Assembly (NCBI GenBank): GCA_019343175.1
Contig: JAFNEN010000097.1
Coordinates: forward strand, 221,448 to 285,447
Source of the DNA: Oedothorax gibbosus
Taxonomy: Eukaryota
Direction: 5' to 3'
DNA: 64,000 nucleotides
A model generated the notes under the pieces. It was not told the DNA's origin and did no database searches. It saw nothing but the letters and a program-made list of their open reading frames with translations. Positions 1-13,619 of this stretch are shown here, piece by piece. The translations under genes and the position numbers were made by a program. How positions within the stretch are numbered: position 1 is the first letter of the stretch; each line of letters opens with the position of its first letter.

Positions 1-161
1 TATCATAATGTGGAGTGCTTGATTTTGGATGACAACCTTATTATTAAATCAAGGAGTATATAACGATACATGACTTTTAATTACCACTCAATAAATCAAT
101 GAATTAAAAATTTACTATGTACCCCCTACAAGGTAATTTCAATAAGTTTAAATCCTAAATA

Positions 162-699
162 CACTGCTCAAATCAATAAGGGGATCACTTTGTGTACTTT
201 TGTTAACCCTTTCAGTTCCAACTTTTTATTTTTTTATTCCAAAAATCTAAAATTTGTGAAATAGATTCATTATGCATCCAGAATGAAATGGTAAAAAACA
301 GGGAGGAAAATCTTATTTTTTTTAACTAAAATTTAAGGGGGAAAAATTGGAATCATAACTTTTGAATAAATTATAACAATATTTTTTCAAAACTTTATTT
401 GTAAAAAAAAAGGTAAAATCAATTTTTAAACATCTAAGAATGCAAGCGTGAAGAATTTAGGGTAAATTTATTTCATAATTTTTTTTGGGAGTGAATTTTA
501 TTTTACCATGTTTTTTATATTTTCATTTAATTAAAACCAACGTTATTTTATTCTTCAAAATCATGATTCTTCCATCTAACGATAAACAAGCGCGAGCTCA
601 ACTTAGTGAGAAAAAAAATCGCAAGCTGACGATTCCAAATTGAATCTTTGTGGGTGAAAGGGTTTAAACCATGCGCTCCCCTAATTGTTTTGAGCAGTG
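162..699. mobile_element. MITE (non-autonomous DNA transposon, copy 1 of 2), TIR CACTGCTCAAA[A/T]CAAT[T/A]AGGGGA, flanked by TA/TA
   Basis: The 5' end reads cactgctcaaatcaataagggga and the 3' end reads tcccctaattgttttgagcagtg, which are reverse complements of each other. A TA dinucleotide sits at 160-161 and again at 700-701. The whole ~540 bp body is about 85-90% identical to the element at 29446-29970. ORFs 548-862(-) and 648-956(+) lie inside or overlap it and look spurious. Confidence 0.8.
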
Positions 700-1559
700 T
701 AGTTCCATGGCAGTTAACTTGCGTATGCGTGATTTTCTCGAAAACTTTATTGCGACGTTCGACTAGTATTAGGAACTCGTGTAACAAATTTGAAATCCGT
801 AGCTCTTTTAGTTTGGGCTGTAGAGTGATTTCAGACAGACTGACAGACGGACCAATGTTCAAAACACCTTTTTATCGGAATCAGCACCCTCCAAAAGACA
901 CAAAATCCATTTTCAATCCCATCGCGATACTTTCATTACCTTATACTTCATATTAGGTAATTGAAAGTAAAAACATTTTTGAAATGGTTACTTTATCCTT
1001 TTGCCATAAGAGGATTAATGCTAAAAGCGGGATTAGAATCCACATACTTTGGTACAGGGAGAAATCTTTCTGTCTTTCAAAGGTAGAACTGGTTTAGGAT
1101 TTATAGATATTGATTCACTTTATCTGTGTAATAAAATAAAATGCATTTAATTCTAAAAAATAATTGCATTACATAATTTTTGTTGACAAATGTCACTTTC
1201 TGTATAATTTTAAAATTTACAATGTGAAAGGTGGTTATTGATCGTATAGAGATTCGGAAAAAACAATCAGAATGATATTTTAAAAATTAAGGAAAAGGTG
1301 ACCCATACCTTTTAAAAACATTATGAACAACAACAACCATCCAACTTCATTGCGACTTCTAATTTGTCTGTCAAAAACACTGTTTGTATTTAAATTTAAA
1401 AAGTACTTATGTACTACACCAAACTCAAATTACATGACAGTGTTAGAATTACAATCATCAAGCTTCATTATGTTGTTCTTCTGAACCATGGTTCAGCATT
1501 GAATATGATTCAGACTAGTATGGGTTCAAGGGGCAATACACTTGCACCATTGTTGTAAC

Positions 1560-1715
1560 ACACCCAAAAGGACCTAGGCAATATTTTTTGTCGTTAGTGC
1601 TTGCATTACATCTGAATGATAGAATTTTGCGCAAAGTGCTTACATATAAATTTAAGATTTTTTTACGAGTCATGTTAGATTACCCCGAATTTTGTTTTGC
1701 CCTAGGTCCTAAACG
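1560..1715. repeat. Short inverted repeat (aggacctaggcaa ... ttgccctaggtcct) separated by ~115 bp
   Basis: Two imperfect ~15-17 bp inverted arms are seen directly. It could be a hairpin or a tiny MITE remnant. Confidence 0.3.
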
Positions 1716-4700
1716 TCTAAGCTCATCCAAAATTGCATCAATCCCCAATCTCTACCTTCTACCTTTAAAGAATTTATTTTGGCCTTCCCGAAATAAAGTT
1801 TTGGCAAGTATAAATATTACTGTCAATTTCTTCCCCATCCATTCCTAGGGAGCTTTCGAATCCGGGGCACGTACTATTATAACAGCTCTCTTACACGTAT
1901 ATTTTCCTAGACAAGCTGCAGTGCTATTTTAGAGGACACGCCGAGGTTTGGTAATAGTGGACGCGTTAGCTTGGTTTGTTGGATGCCGAAAGACGCGTCG
2001 TAAAATGCTTCAAACGACTCCGGAGATGGTATACGAGTAAAAGCGAGGAAACTGGGGTTATTAAGATGAACTTTTAGCCTTCCTTTTAGTTTGGTATCCT
2101 TTTATCGCTGGAGATGCCTCATCTGGCGGAGGAGTTTGTTCAAAATAATCTCGAGACGAAAATACAGGAACAAATCGGAAATAGGTTACGGTTTATTAGT
2201 CTGTTGGGATATCTTTACAGGACTGCACGATATTTTAAAAATGTCTTTGTATGTTTATAGAAAATATGTATTTGAAACAGAGTATCCATTAAAAATTTTG
2301 GCTATGGAAGAAGTTTCCAATAAATTGTTTAAAAACAATAAAATTTTATTGCTTTATATTGCCAAAATTTTCTTTAAAATTTTGTTTACTTACCAAGTAT
2401 TTTTATATTCCAAGCGGAGAGACCGTGAAATTGTTTCCCATTTAACGATTTAAAATGACACCAATTTACAAAAATCAAATAATGCAACCAAGTTATAATA
2501 TTTTTAAGAAAAAAATAAATTATTTGTTTATTTTCCAGTCGTGATAATAAGATTTTTTATATGAGATTATAATATTTTTACTTGCTCAAAAGAAACCTTG
2601 CTGGGCTTTTGGCCTGTTGTTGGTCAATTTTAGTATTTGTATTTGAAAGTTTTGATAAGGAATTCCTTTTTCAACACACAACTGTAAGGCAAAACTTATT
2701 GTGCAAATGCGAATGTGCATGAAAGTTTTTGCATTAAATGCAAAAACTTTCAAGTAGTCATTTATATCATGGATCGTTGATCAACGTTTACTTCGCCATT
2801 GAAACACGATTAAATTGTAATATAATTTGCTTTAAGTAAAAAGTACTACTGAATGTTTAAGTTTATTGTTAGCCTTTTTAAGTAAGATATTGTTTGGTTT
2901 TGTTTAAAAACTCAGAAGTACTTGGTTGTTCTCGGTATCATTTAGAAACTTACATAGGTATAATAACGTTGTATGTTTTTGTTTAGATATTTTTAAAAAG
3001 AAAATAAAGTTGACAGACCGTAAATATTAAACTCTACACTATGAGAAAGAAAAATCGAAAATGTTAATTTGTTGCCAATAATACAGTAATGATATGACAA
3101 AATGCAGGTAGGCACACGTTTTTTAAAAATGTAACAAAATTTCTGTTATAAATTTCATTCCACTTTCTTCTTTGTAGTTCTCTCTCACGCATATTTCAAA
3201 AATGTATAACAATCCATTCAATCTAATTGGTAAACGAGTCCCTTTAAAAGTTTTACTTCTTCTCTGCTCTTGTCTTATTATTCAAAACTACTTCTTTCCA
3301 GTGAGACATAACTGACTCGCCATTGACAGTTCTAATGAGAGTTCTATTCCATCCGAATGGGCTGCTAAATGTGTTTCAAGTTTCGTGCTAACGATCCGCG
3401 GTTGTTTGAGGCGTACCTTTTGCAAGCGGCAGAAAGTATAACTCATTCCTCGAAACGAAATGTTTCTCTTTATTATTCTAATTTTTATTCCGTTTTAATA
3501 CAAGCAGTCACGAAAGGGACTCATTATTCTAGTCTACAACAATGACCAGAATGTTTTAAGGAATTATTGCGACGGTATATATGGCACATATTTTATTTTC
3601 TCGATTATTACGTCACGGTGGTTTGCTGTCATAAAAAGAGCAGTTAATAAAGGCCTTGTTTCATGCCATTCCAGTTTTATTTTGAGTAGATTTTGTATGT
3701 TAAACGCTATTTTTAGAAATGTTATATCATTCATGAAATTTTCCACGAATGCAAATCAGCAATTTTTGGAAACATTAGGCGTGTCAGTTTCTTCTTTCTG
3801 TGTTCAATTTACTAAAAATACATGATATTACTTTGGTTTTATGATCTGTGACATCTTTTAGAAGAGATTATGTTATTGTTAGTCATGAACTATCGAATTG
3901 TAAAGTAAGAAATTATTCTCGCATAAATTCATTTTTAGAACACAATGCCATAAAAATTAGTACAATATTCAACGTTGGTTTTACATGAAAATTTTATAAA
4001 CACTCACTCACAACGCACTAAAACAACCACTAAACTATTTGTCTCTAATTTCATATGTGTTTATAATTTATCAAATAATAAGTGTCTTAAAAACTTAATA
4101 TTCTATTTAGAAAGTATGATGAAAGAAACGATGACTTATCTAACCCAGTTTATGTCAACTCTGTTACTTTAGATAATTCAACGAAACAATAAGCAATTCC
4201 TTGCTCACGAAAAACGGAGGTTAATTTAAAACAAATATTAGTTAATATAATTATTGTGAAAAATGTTTTCAAATGCATGCATCGAATATTCAAATTTTAA
4301 ACATAATAAACATTAAAATTATTAGTTTTATTACACTTTTGCAAACAGAGTGGACATTGTTAATATTTTTAGAATGACTCACTTTAACAAATTTTATGTG
4401 AACTTTTTTACTTTTATTCATACTTATAAAAAATTTAACATACAAAATATTAGCACGTATCCAAGAATGAAGTATTTTTTAAATATTAATTTTTATACTC
4501 ATTTTTCAAAGTTAAATATTTAATGCTACATATTACTTGAAAAACTTGGAGACTTGCGGAGACTTTTAATAGATGGCGTTTTTTATGGTTAGAGAATATT
4601 TTTAAATATGTGAAGTAGTACTAAATTAGTACTCCCCCCCATATTACTAACTATTTAATAAATCTATTCAATTAGTTAAATATTTAGCAACGTTTGTTAT

Positions 4701-4830
4701 TTTTTGTTGTAGAAATAATATTAAGATAGAGCATTTGAGATTATACAATGTGGGAAAGTAGTTACAAAAATATTTATGTAACTATTTAGAACCTGATATA
4801 AGTTAATGCTTGTCAGACTATACGCTAGTG

Positions 4831-4905
4831 AGAAGATTTATGAAGTAAACAACGCAGATTATTTGCGCCAATAATTTACGTTGTTTACTTCATGAATCTT
4901 CTCCC
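4831..4905. repeat. Near-perfect 25 bp inverted repeat (stem-loop) with a ~25 nt spacer
   Basis: The arms are gagaagatttatgaagtaaacaacg and cgttgtttacttcatgaatcttctc. The reverse complement of the second arm matches the first with one mismatch. Confidence 0.7.
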
Positions 4906-7212
4906 TAATCAAGCTCAAAGTTGAAGGTATTTTCTGAATATACATTAGTGATATTGTTTTCTATTAACCTGTTACCCACTTAGTGGCAAGGGGGCGTCTA
5001 TAAATAACGTGATGGGAGCGGGAAAGGGGTTGAGCCGAATCTCAACCAATCTCACATAGGGAAGAAAAGAGGGGAGGGGGGGGGGGCGGTCCTCGTTAAA
5101 TATCACACGTCACCAATATATCACATCGTCAATATCTTCGTCAATAACAGTGTAAAATTGAGAAAAATTTAGTTTAATTCAAGTTGCATATGTTTCTTAA
5201 CTTAAATGCGGCAAAATATAACAGGATAATATTTATCGTGTCTATTCAAAACATAGAACCGTGTTAAGAGTAGATGCGAAAAGCTTATTCAAATCTTGAG
5301 TAAACATAAGAAAATTGGGTTTTTTTTAAAAAATAAATCCAACGTATTTACAGTAAACGTACGAATTTCAAAAAGATGCCAATTATTAAAAAAAAATGCA
5401 TGTTAAAAATAATTAAATGCCGAATTAATATCCACTTTATTAAAATACATCAAAGAATTAAATCAATTTTTAAATTGATAGATATTAAATTTACGATTTA
5501 ATTCGTATATAAGAGTCTCCCTTCACAAGTCCCCAATATAAACACATGTTAATTTATAATCCTTATTTATGACGGGATTATTATCAGAAAATACTTTAAT
5601 CCCTAAAAATAAAACAAGCTTCATTAGACCAAAAATTATTTAAGCCCCCCCCCCCCCTCCCCCCTCATTCCTCTTCACCACATCCTAATAGATCCTTCCA
5701 CAATTTCCATTACACACAAGCCGCAACCACCAGCGAAATTCTTCTCATTTAAAAACTTCACAAACTTCCCCAAAGAACAAAAAAAAAAGACAGGATTAAA
5801 CGCGAGATAACTTTCTTCTATCACAAACAAGAGTAACTAGTTTAAAACCGATGACCTGACACTTAAGAAAAGTTTCCTAAACCTTAGAAACAGGCAATTA
5901 CCTTGTTTCCGGAACAGTTTTTTTCCTTGCCCCATCTCTATCCTTCGCTGCCTCTCATTTTTTCCGGGTAATAAAACCCGCCTTCGTGAAACAAGGCGTC
6001 CTACACCCATTACCGTCGCCCGCCGGTAATAGAGTTATATTTTGGCATCAGCCCTCCTGTGTCTTGACATCTATGTAGAATGGACATCTATTGGGATGCC
6101 AGGACGCAGGTCCCGTTCAGCATGACATGGAACGCATAGTTTTAATAGTGGTATAATGCCGATGTGTTAAAAAAAGAAGTTATTAAGTTTTTCATTTTAA
6201 CGGTCTTCAGCAACAGACCATCAATTTCCCGCGTCTTGTGACTTTATAGGAAAAGTAATGAGGCTCCTATTGCGATTGCAAGAGGGTCACTTTTCCCGGG
6301 TATAGTGCGATATAATTATATTTTAAGTTCTAAAAAATGGTCGTAAAATGAGAGCTCCTGGTCAGAATAGTGTGAAATATGATGGAATGATTTATGAATA
6401 GTGATAAAATGAAGATAAAATAATTAAGAAATGAAATTATGGAAATCAGCTGATAATTTTGTGTTGTACAGATTAGAAAAGAAATAATTTTACCCTGTGA
6501 GACACAGAGCTTTTGTGGTTACGGCCAAGAACTATTTGTGAATTTTTGGACTTATTTTTATTGCTCTATCAGTGATTGCTCCGTTGCTACATTGCTTTGA
6601 TAAAGTAACTGCTCTTTCTCTACCCCTGCTCCCGTAATTTTAACATTATGCAGACTAGTTGTTTTTATTTTAAAACCATTTTAAATTACATCTTTAACCA
6701 TAATAATTCTATAAAAGTGTACCTCGGTACATACTAGATTGCGTATAACTTAACTGAGGATAATTTAACGCAGTTCGATTCCATAGTAAATAGATTTGGT
6801 GCAGCTAGATATATATATATAGTTTATCAAAAAAATATAAATTACGGGACAAACAATTTAAATATGGGAACCATCAGATCGGTTTACTTCAATGAATATC
6901 ACAACTGAGTTTCACAATCACAACACTAAAAACCTTAACATTACCAATACAGAAATTTAGATAGTTGATATGAACCACTATTAATGTGAGCCCCTCTAGT
7001 AATGCGATAGATAAAATACTTGGGATAGGCTCTAGAGTTCGATAAAATACTCAATTTGTAGCCTTACTCGTGTCACATTGTTTCAAGATGGGTTTTAGTG
7101 TTACGCAGCATATGATTGGTTGAATTAAGGTTTACTAGAAACTGGTTTAGTGTCCACCCTAAGTAAAGATTAGGCAACAGTGCTCATTACTTTTGAACTT
7201 AGGTAAGAAGAC

Positions 7213-7406
7213 CATAGAGGTAGGAAAGAGAATATAGAGAGGTCCTTGTATATGCGCATAATGCACAAATGAAGCAGGTTAGAGCGGTGCATCTTGGGAT
7301 ACCTCGGTGTCAGTATGTTATGCGCAGTAGCTCGAAAAACCTGACAGCCCTGCTTCAATTTCTCTCAACTAGTGGACCTCTCTACACCTCTTTCCTACCT
7401 CTATGA
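7213..7406. mobile_element. Foldback/MITE-like element with ~33 bp TIRs and a nested inner inverted repeat
   Basis: The left arm is catagaggtaggaaagagaatatagagaggtcc and the right arm is ggacctctctacacctctttcctacctctatg. Inside, tgaagcagg and cctgcttca form a second inverted pair. Confidence 0.55.
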
Positions 7407-8827
7407 AAAAGACATACAGATATAAGTGAAGACATTGAGAAATACAGTATATCGTCGGTCCAATAACAAAACCATCAATATGTACAAAAAAAACAAGGAA
7501 GGAAAACGAGAAACTGTTAAACCTACCGTTTTCAAAAACCGCCAAGCCCTAGAATTCGACACTGTCGTGGTTTTGCATTTATTATTATTTATCTTCACAT
7601 CCATAGTCCATCACTGGACGGGCTTAGGTTTTGTAAGCTGTGGATAAGACATCTTGTGTAGCTCTCTATTTCGTAGCAGTTAGCCTTTTCATTGTGTTTA
7701 GACGCTTAAGACCCTTTTTTTGATGAGTCTGCAATGTGGGTGCTTTAGTAGAGCTTGCTTTCAAGGTTAACTGCAAGGTTAACTGCAAGGTATTTAGATA
7801 AAGATACTCGTTTAAGAGGAAGTCTCTTGCATTCCAGATTGAAAAGATGCTGTTTTGTAGAGATAGTGAAGAGATGAGAGACTGTCTTCTCAAGGGCTTA
7901 CGTCCAATTTGTTTATGTCGGTAGTTTGTTATTGGACGACGACAACAGACAAAAATATAACTACGACAAATTAAAAGATACTTCAAACTATGTGTAATGT
8001 ATATTTGAAATACTTTAGAAAATACGCAAAATTTGTATTATCGCAAAAAGAAGCGTACTTGAGAATTGAATGCTCCATGTTTTAATGTTAATAGAAAACG
8101 TTAAATGCAATAAGTCGGATTACACTTTTTACGGGAAAGTAACGTCACTGCTGTGGATTCAACATAACAAAGCTTCACTTTTAGACTTAAGGTTTTGATA
8201 TTAGATTTGTTCTTCAACCCTCCAGTTTAAATTAAAAAATTCCCATGACAATGCATTTAAAATTGTTTATGAAAACATGATATACATAAGTAAATAGTTT
8301 TCTCCTTGTTTCGATCAAAGTAAGAAAAATCCGACTCGCCGTTTCTTCGCGCAGAGATTAGATTTTGTCAAGCCTCACATTACTGTGAATTGTTATTTTA
8401 ATTAAACATCTATGAAGGGTTTCTAAATTTTTAAGTACAGTTAGATTCTTGAAAATGTTTAGGAAAGGAAACGAGAGTTTATTCTGAATACAAATTTCAA
8501 ACTATTCCGATTTTTTTTATATTATAGTATAAACATAAAGGATAACTCATAAACATATTCGGGGATAAATTTGAATGTTGAAATTTTTCGTATGTACTAC
8601 AATGAAACCATGATTCTAAGCCAACGCTTCATACTTTTTTTTAACTGCTAGTCAATTTTTCCCCTTTACCAATAATGCATATCTCCTCCCAGACTATGCT
8701 ATTTATTGTCTTAAAATTTCGCAGTGTACATTTTTTCGAACCAATATACAGCTTCTGTTTCTTGTTTACACCTTTTTCTAACTGCAACCATGCTTTTTTT
8801 CACAATTTGTCTTAAATAGACAATAGG

Positions 8828-8900
8828 CAGTCACATTGTTTCAGCAGTTTAGTTTGAATTATCGTCGCACTAGAGATACACAAGAGCTATTAGCGAGAGG
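8828..8900 (-). mobile_element. 3'-end fragment of the tRNA-derived SINE seen complete at 38729-39045
   Basis: The stretch cagtttagtttgaattatcgtcgcactagagatacacaagagctattagcgag matches 38722-38780 at roughly 90% identity. Confidence 0.5.
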
Positions 8901-11555
8901 AGTAGTTATTTTTTTCAGTAAAGTTTTTCACGTATGGCCTCTTAGTATGTTTGCTTCCCTCAAGCTATATAAAAATGTAAGACCGGAGATTTCCTGTACT
9001 GTATATTCATATTAGAAAATCCAAATTAAAAATTGACTACAATCCTAAACAGACATTACTATGTAAAAGTTATATACTTCAAGACTCCTTTCTATACAAT
9101 GAAAAAAATATTTTGATGTTAAATTATTTCTCGAATCAAATGCATTATAAACATATAATAACTTTAGCCTTGTATTCACACAAGTATCAAAAAATATTTT
9201 ATTTCGGCAAACAAAAAGATGGAGACCATACCCATTTTGGATATCCAATATCGGTATAATCATGAAGAACCTCCACCCACAAGTCCAATACCCCAGGATT
9301 CATTTCCTCCAAGAAAATAAAGTATAGTAATCGAAAAAGAACTTTGAAAAGAGTGGGATATCAAGAAAGTTTCCCCAAGTGTGTTCGAAGCGTACAGTTA
9401 TTTACGACGCAAGTTACAGCGCGCAAAGTGCCTTAATGCCTACAAGTGTTGTTTAGTTGGCAGGCGTGAAATCTCAGGCGAACTAGGTCATCAACCAGCC
9501 TGGTTTTTATCACGGGTCCGTAGCTTTGATATTTGTTGCTTGCATGAAACAGTCATTGCCTTTGGCCAGCTGGCTGGGCCACGAGTTTATGACTCTTCGA
9601 CTATTTCGGAGCACAAAAATCGATACGACTCACCTCAGAGCCTGGAAGATAGTTCAATATATCCTCGTTGAAAAAGGCTTTCATGGTTTTTACGAAGGGA
9701 AACTTTTGTACCGTCAATTGGGGCAACTTTGGTCCGTAAATGGTAACTTGGGTCCAAGCTGTCCAAACTACTGCTAACTTTCGGCTCGTAAATCAAGGCT
9801 TGGTCAACACTTATTGGACAAAAGGAGCATTTTTTAAATAAGTTTATTTCGTGAAAAGTAATAACGAAACAACGAGATGGATAAAGTTTACTATAAACCC
9901 CAGATAAATTTTACTTATAGAAGACAATCTTAATATAAAATTCCTCTATGTACATTTTTATATATTTCAAGGATTTTTTATGAGTTTTACCGTTATTTAT
10001 CGTACTTCTACTAGTGAATAAATGTATGCAAAGAATATCATTTATTTTAAACTAACCCTCCCATAATTTAGCAATTTAGCAAATCTTTAACGAACATGGC
10101 TGGAAAAATTATCCGCTTTTTATGCATTGGCCAAAGTCAAAATGGCTATTAAATGTAGTACTACGAAGCAAAAATGGCATTATTTTAAAGTGCAATTTAC
10201 TCCGTAACCCTTCCACCATCACAAACATATGCGCAACTAACCATTACCCTACCATCAAAGAAGGGAAACGTTTTGCTTTTTCAGCAGAATACTGTTAGAA
10301 ATTATGCAATTTATTAAATAATTGAGCAGTGCCACTCTCGGAAAAAACCACAGTCAGTAGGTAGTAAATTAATAATTATGCACCGTTTTAAAGAAAAACA
10401 AGCAACTAAAGTTTTTAAGGCTAACACTTTTATTTGAAAATGTATATGCGCCGTTCAGTTTTTTTTGGCTAAAAAGATTATTTTTTAATTGTATTTAGTA
10501 TGAGTTGGCATAATAATGACAAAGCAATAATTGCGACAAATGCCACTTAAAAATTGCTAAGGGTAAAAATTATATATATATGTATTTTATGTGTTAAATA
10601 TATATATTTTTAAATATCACTTGCCAAAACTATAAAGGGGCTATCTAAGGAAATGTAGTGCTGTTTTTTGGTGGGTGGTAACCTATAAACACTGAGTACG
10701 TCATCTTTAAAGCGTGTAAATGAATGAAATTCTTGTTCGAAAATCATATTTTCATAGTATAAATAGAGCTTTTACTACTAAACTTCCTAGTATAAAAATT
10801 TTGATTTCGTTTCGGCTTCATATGGAAAATTGAACTATATAAAAAAAATCAAGTTTTCGACATTCAACTATAGACAAAAAAATCCTTTGTTCTAGCGTTA
10901 AAACAAAAAATGAGTCATTGTAGCTATTGTCAGGCCAATTAAAACTTTTGACAATTGAAAATTTTCTAATAATTCACGAAGAAAGAAAGGAAACCAGAAT
11001 CGAGTTACAGGAATTCAACTGAGAAATGAGAATTGAAGTAGTTCTGCTTCATTTTTTTATTTACGGGTTGCTTAATTATTTGAAGTTGAAGGGGAAAAAA
11101 GGCCGGATGAATTGGTAACGGCGGACTTTTTATGAATCACTTGCACCACTGCGACTGCGGCAGTGTAGCCGGGAGTAAATGAATTAACGATTGGAGATCG
11201 TTAGCCGGGGAGGTTAAATGGAAGCGAAATATAACTTTTTTTTATGCGGTAATCCATTTTATTGACTCAGTTAATGAATAGGTTTTGTCCTAATACTGTA
11301 AGAAGAGAAGAATTAACAAGTTCATTGGAATCGGTGAGGCAAAAATATTTTGTTCGTATAAAAATCGCAAAATAGCATGTTTATAATACAATTAGAGTTA
11401 TTAAACTAATAATTTTAATTACTTTACAACAACAAAGTACTCCTTTTAGGAATTTATACTGCATTATTACGTACATATTATGCTATGGGATTCTTTGAAT
11501 GTATATTTTTTGCCGTATGTTTTTCTTACGGTCCATTTCTATCAAAACACTAACG

Positions 11556-11678
11556 TTTACACTCTTAAAACAAACGAGCGGTTTTAACTCAGTCTGAGTT
11601 AATTTCCACTCCTTTCCGGTGCCGAAAATGCACTTCTCCTCTAGGAGTGGAATTCACTCCTTTGTTTTAAGAGTGTAC
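11556..11678. mobile_element. Mini-MITE (~120 bp) with TIR TTTACACTCTTAAAACAAA
   Basis: The ends gtttacactcttaaaacaaacg and tttgttttaagagtgtac are perfect inverted repeats. Internal ccactcct and aggagtgg form a second hairpin. The TIR resembles the GTACACTGTTAAAA family found at 28960 and 52658. Confidence 0.6.
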
Positions 11679-13070
11679 TTCAAAACAAGCAAATATTTAA
11701 AAAAATGGTTATTATTAAAGAATGTTCACAATTACTGCATTGTAACTTTAAACAAGTGTTTTAAACCTTAACGTAGATATAACATTTACGTTCGATTACT
11801 TATTTTTAAAAAATTATTCTCGTAAGCGTAAAGTTTTGTTTCATGAAGCCTCATTTCCTATTACACGCAATTATGCAAAGACAAACTAGTATGTCATTCA
11901 CAGAGCTCCTACTAGGAGTTTGGTTTGGTGTAGTCGAATTTGAAAAATAACTAAAAACTACTACTTTCATCCTATTATACTTTTGATTTATTTATGAAAA
12001 AATACTTTAAAACACGAGATGCAATACAATGCACTACAATTTTAGCTTGGGCGAATATAGGTTCGTACCAGATGAATATCCCCAAGCAAGGGGTAGAATG
12101 CTAAGTGATTGAGATGGGTTTTAAATTTCTTGTGAATCATTCAGTAGTTTGAATATTCCACTAGCTTCTTTTCATGATATATATCTTCATTCACGAATTT
12201 TCCTAAAGCCCATACGTCTCCTAACGGCCGGGTGGATCACAGGGTGTAGTCTTTCTTTTGCTATTTGTCATTTCTGCTACATAAAACAATTGCACTCCGA
12301 CTCAAAAATGCTTCAGTTTTCCATTCCTTTTCAGGGAGTTGACATCCTGGCTTTCAAACTGGCCTGGGGTATCGAATTGAAATTCTTATGTTCGGTTGTC
12401 TATTCGGAAACTCTTTTTCAAGGACTTTTTTTTGTTACGTTGATTGTGTCAAATGTTAGACGTCTCTTATAAAACATGGAATAGATGGGCTAAAAGTAAT
12501 AAAATAATAATGCTGTTCTAGATTACTACAAGACAGTTCTCTCACAACATTAAGTTTTTACTATGGCAAAATGAATAGTATGCAAAATATGGACCTTAGC
12601 CAATTTTGATCAAGTTTTTGAGTGAACATAAGGAATAATACGGCCGAAGTTGATAGCTTTTGAGTACACAATTATTAATCTTATTATGTATTACATATAA
12701 TTGATCTTATTTTAAATAAATATTAAATTGTTAGACTTACTAATTGCATTTTACATTATTAGATCAAAATATAGTTCAAGCATCAGGTTTTTAAAGGAAT
12801 CAAAAATACTTAGTCTAAGTTTTGTAGTATACTAATATAATGTTATAGCAATGTGATTTATAAAAAACTAAATTGTGATTTATTAAAAATAAAGATAAAA
12901 AACTAATCTTTTTGAAAACAGCGACTTTAACAGTGTTTAGTTTTCCATCTACATGTTTTCGCACATTCATGGTTTTGTTATTGCACCAGCGATATCAATC
13001 ATTAGCTCAATTTCAGATGTTTTCAATAGACTACAAGATGAAACCGAAACCGATTCAACTAATCTACGTA

Positions 13071-13619
13071 CAGTCCCTGGACAAATTATTAGACGCACTG
13101 TATTTTTTTTAGTAATTTTATGTTTCTTAAGAGTTTTTATGCAATAATGGTATTTTTAAACTACAATATTATGGACTTTTATTTAAAAGAATTGTTGTAG
13201 ACTACATATTTGCATTTATTTTAAGATAATTATGATTAATTAGGATTAAAAATAATTTATATTAACTATTTATTATAAGATTATTTATGTGTGGAATCAT
13301 CATCCTCAAATGCAGGAGATAGAACAGTCTTGCATTGATAGCATGCCGCGTAGAATTAAAGCTTTGATAGCGGCTAAAGGTGGCTCAACTAAATATTGAC
13401 CTTTACTAACATTAATTTCCCTTTTCTTTAAAACTTAATAAACTTATGCTTTTCTAAATTAATGCTGTTTTATTTATGTCAAATAAATCGGTAATTGGTT
13501 TGATAATATAAAAATAAAAAACAAATCAATTTAAAATAATAAAACGGTACAATATCACCCGGTAATTAATATTTTAACATGAAATCTTGCAGTGCGTCTA
13601 ATAATTTGTCCAGGGACTG
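13071..13619 (+). mobile_element. Tc1/mariner-like DNA transposon, internally deleted, keeping the transposase C-terminus; TA target-site duplication
   Basis: The ~30 bp TIRs are CAGTCCCTGGACAAATTATTAGACGCACTG at the 5' end and CAGTGCGTCTAATAATTTGTCCAGGGACTG at the 3' end. TA sits at 13069-70 and 13620-21. The internal frame at ~13291-13396 reads WNHHPQMQEIEQSCIDSMPRRIKALIAAKGGSTKY*, which matches the conserved C-terminal end of Tc1-family transposases (SMPRR..I.AKGG.TKY). It is near-identical to the inverted copy at 36830-37380. Confidence 0.85.

Noticed and set aside
548-956. Overlapping ORFs 548-862(-) and 648-956(+)
   Set aside because: They overlap the MITE at 162-699 on opposite strands. 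The same sequence at 29.8 kb has the frames disrupted. They are chance ORFs in repeat DNA.
2091-2453. 120-aa ORF considered as a host exon
   Set aside because: It is lysine/isoleucine-rich and low-complexity, as expected for AT-rich non-coding DNA. It has no motifs and no splice-site context that I can support.
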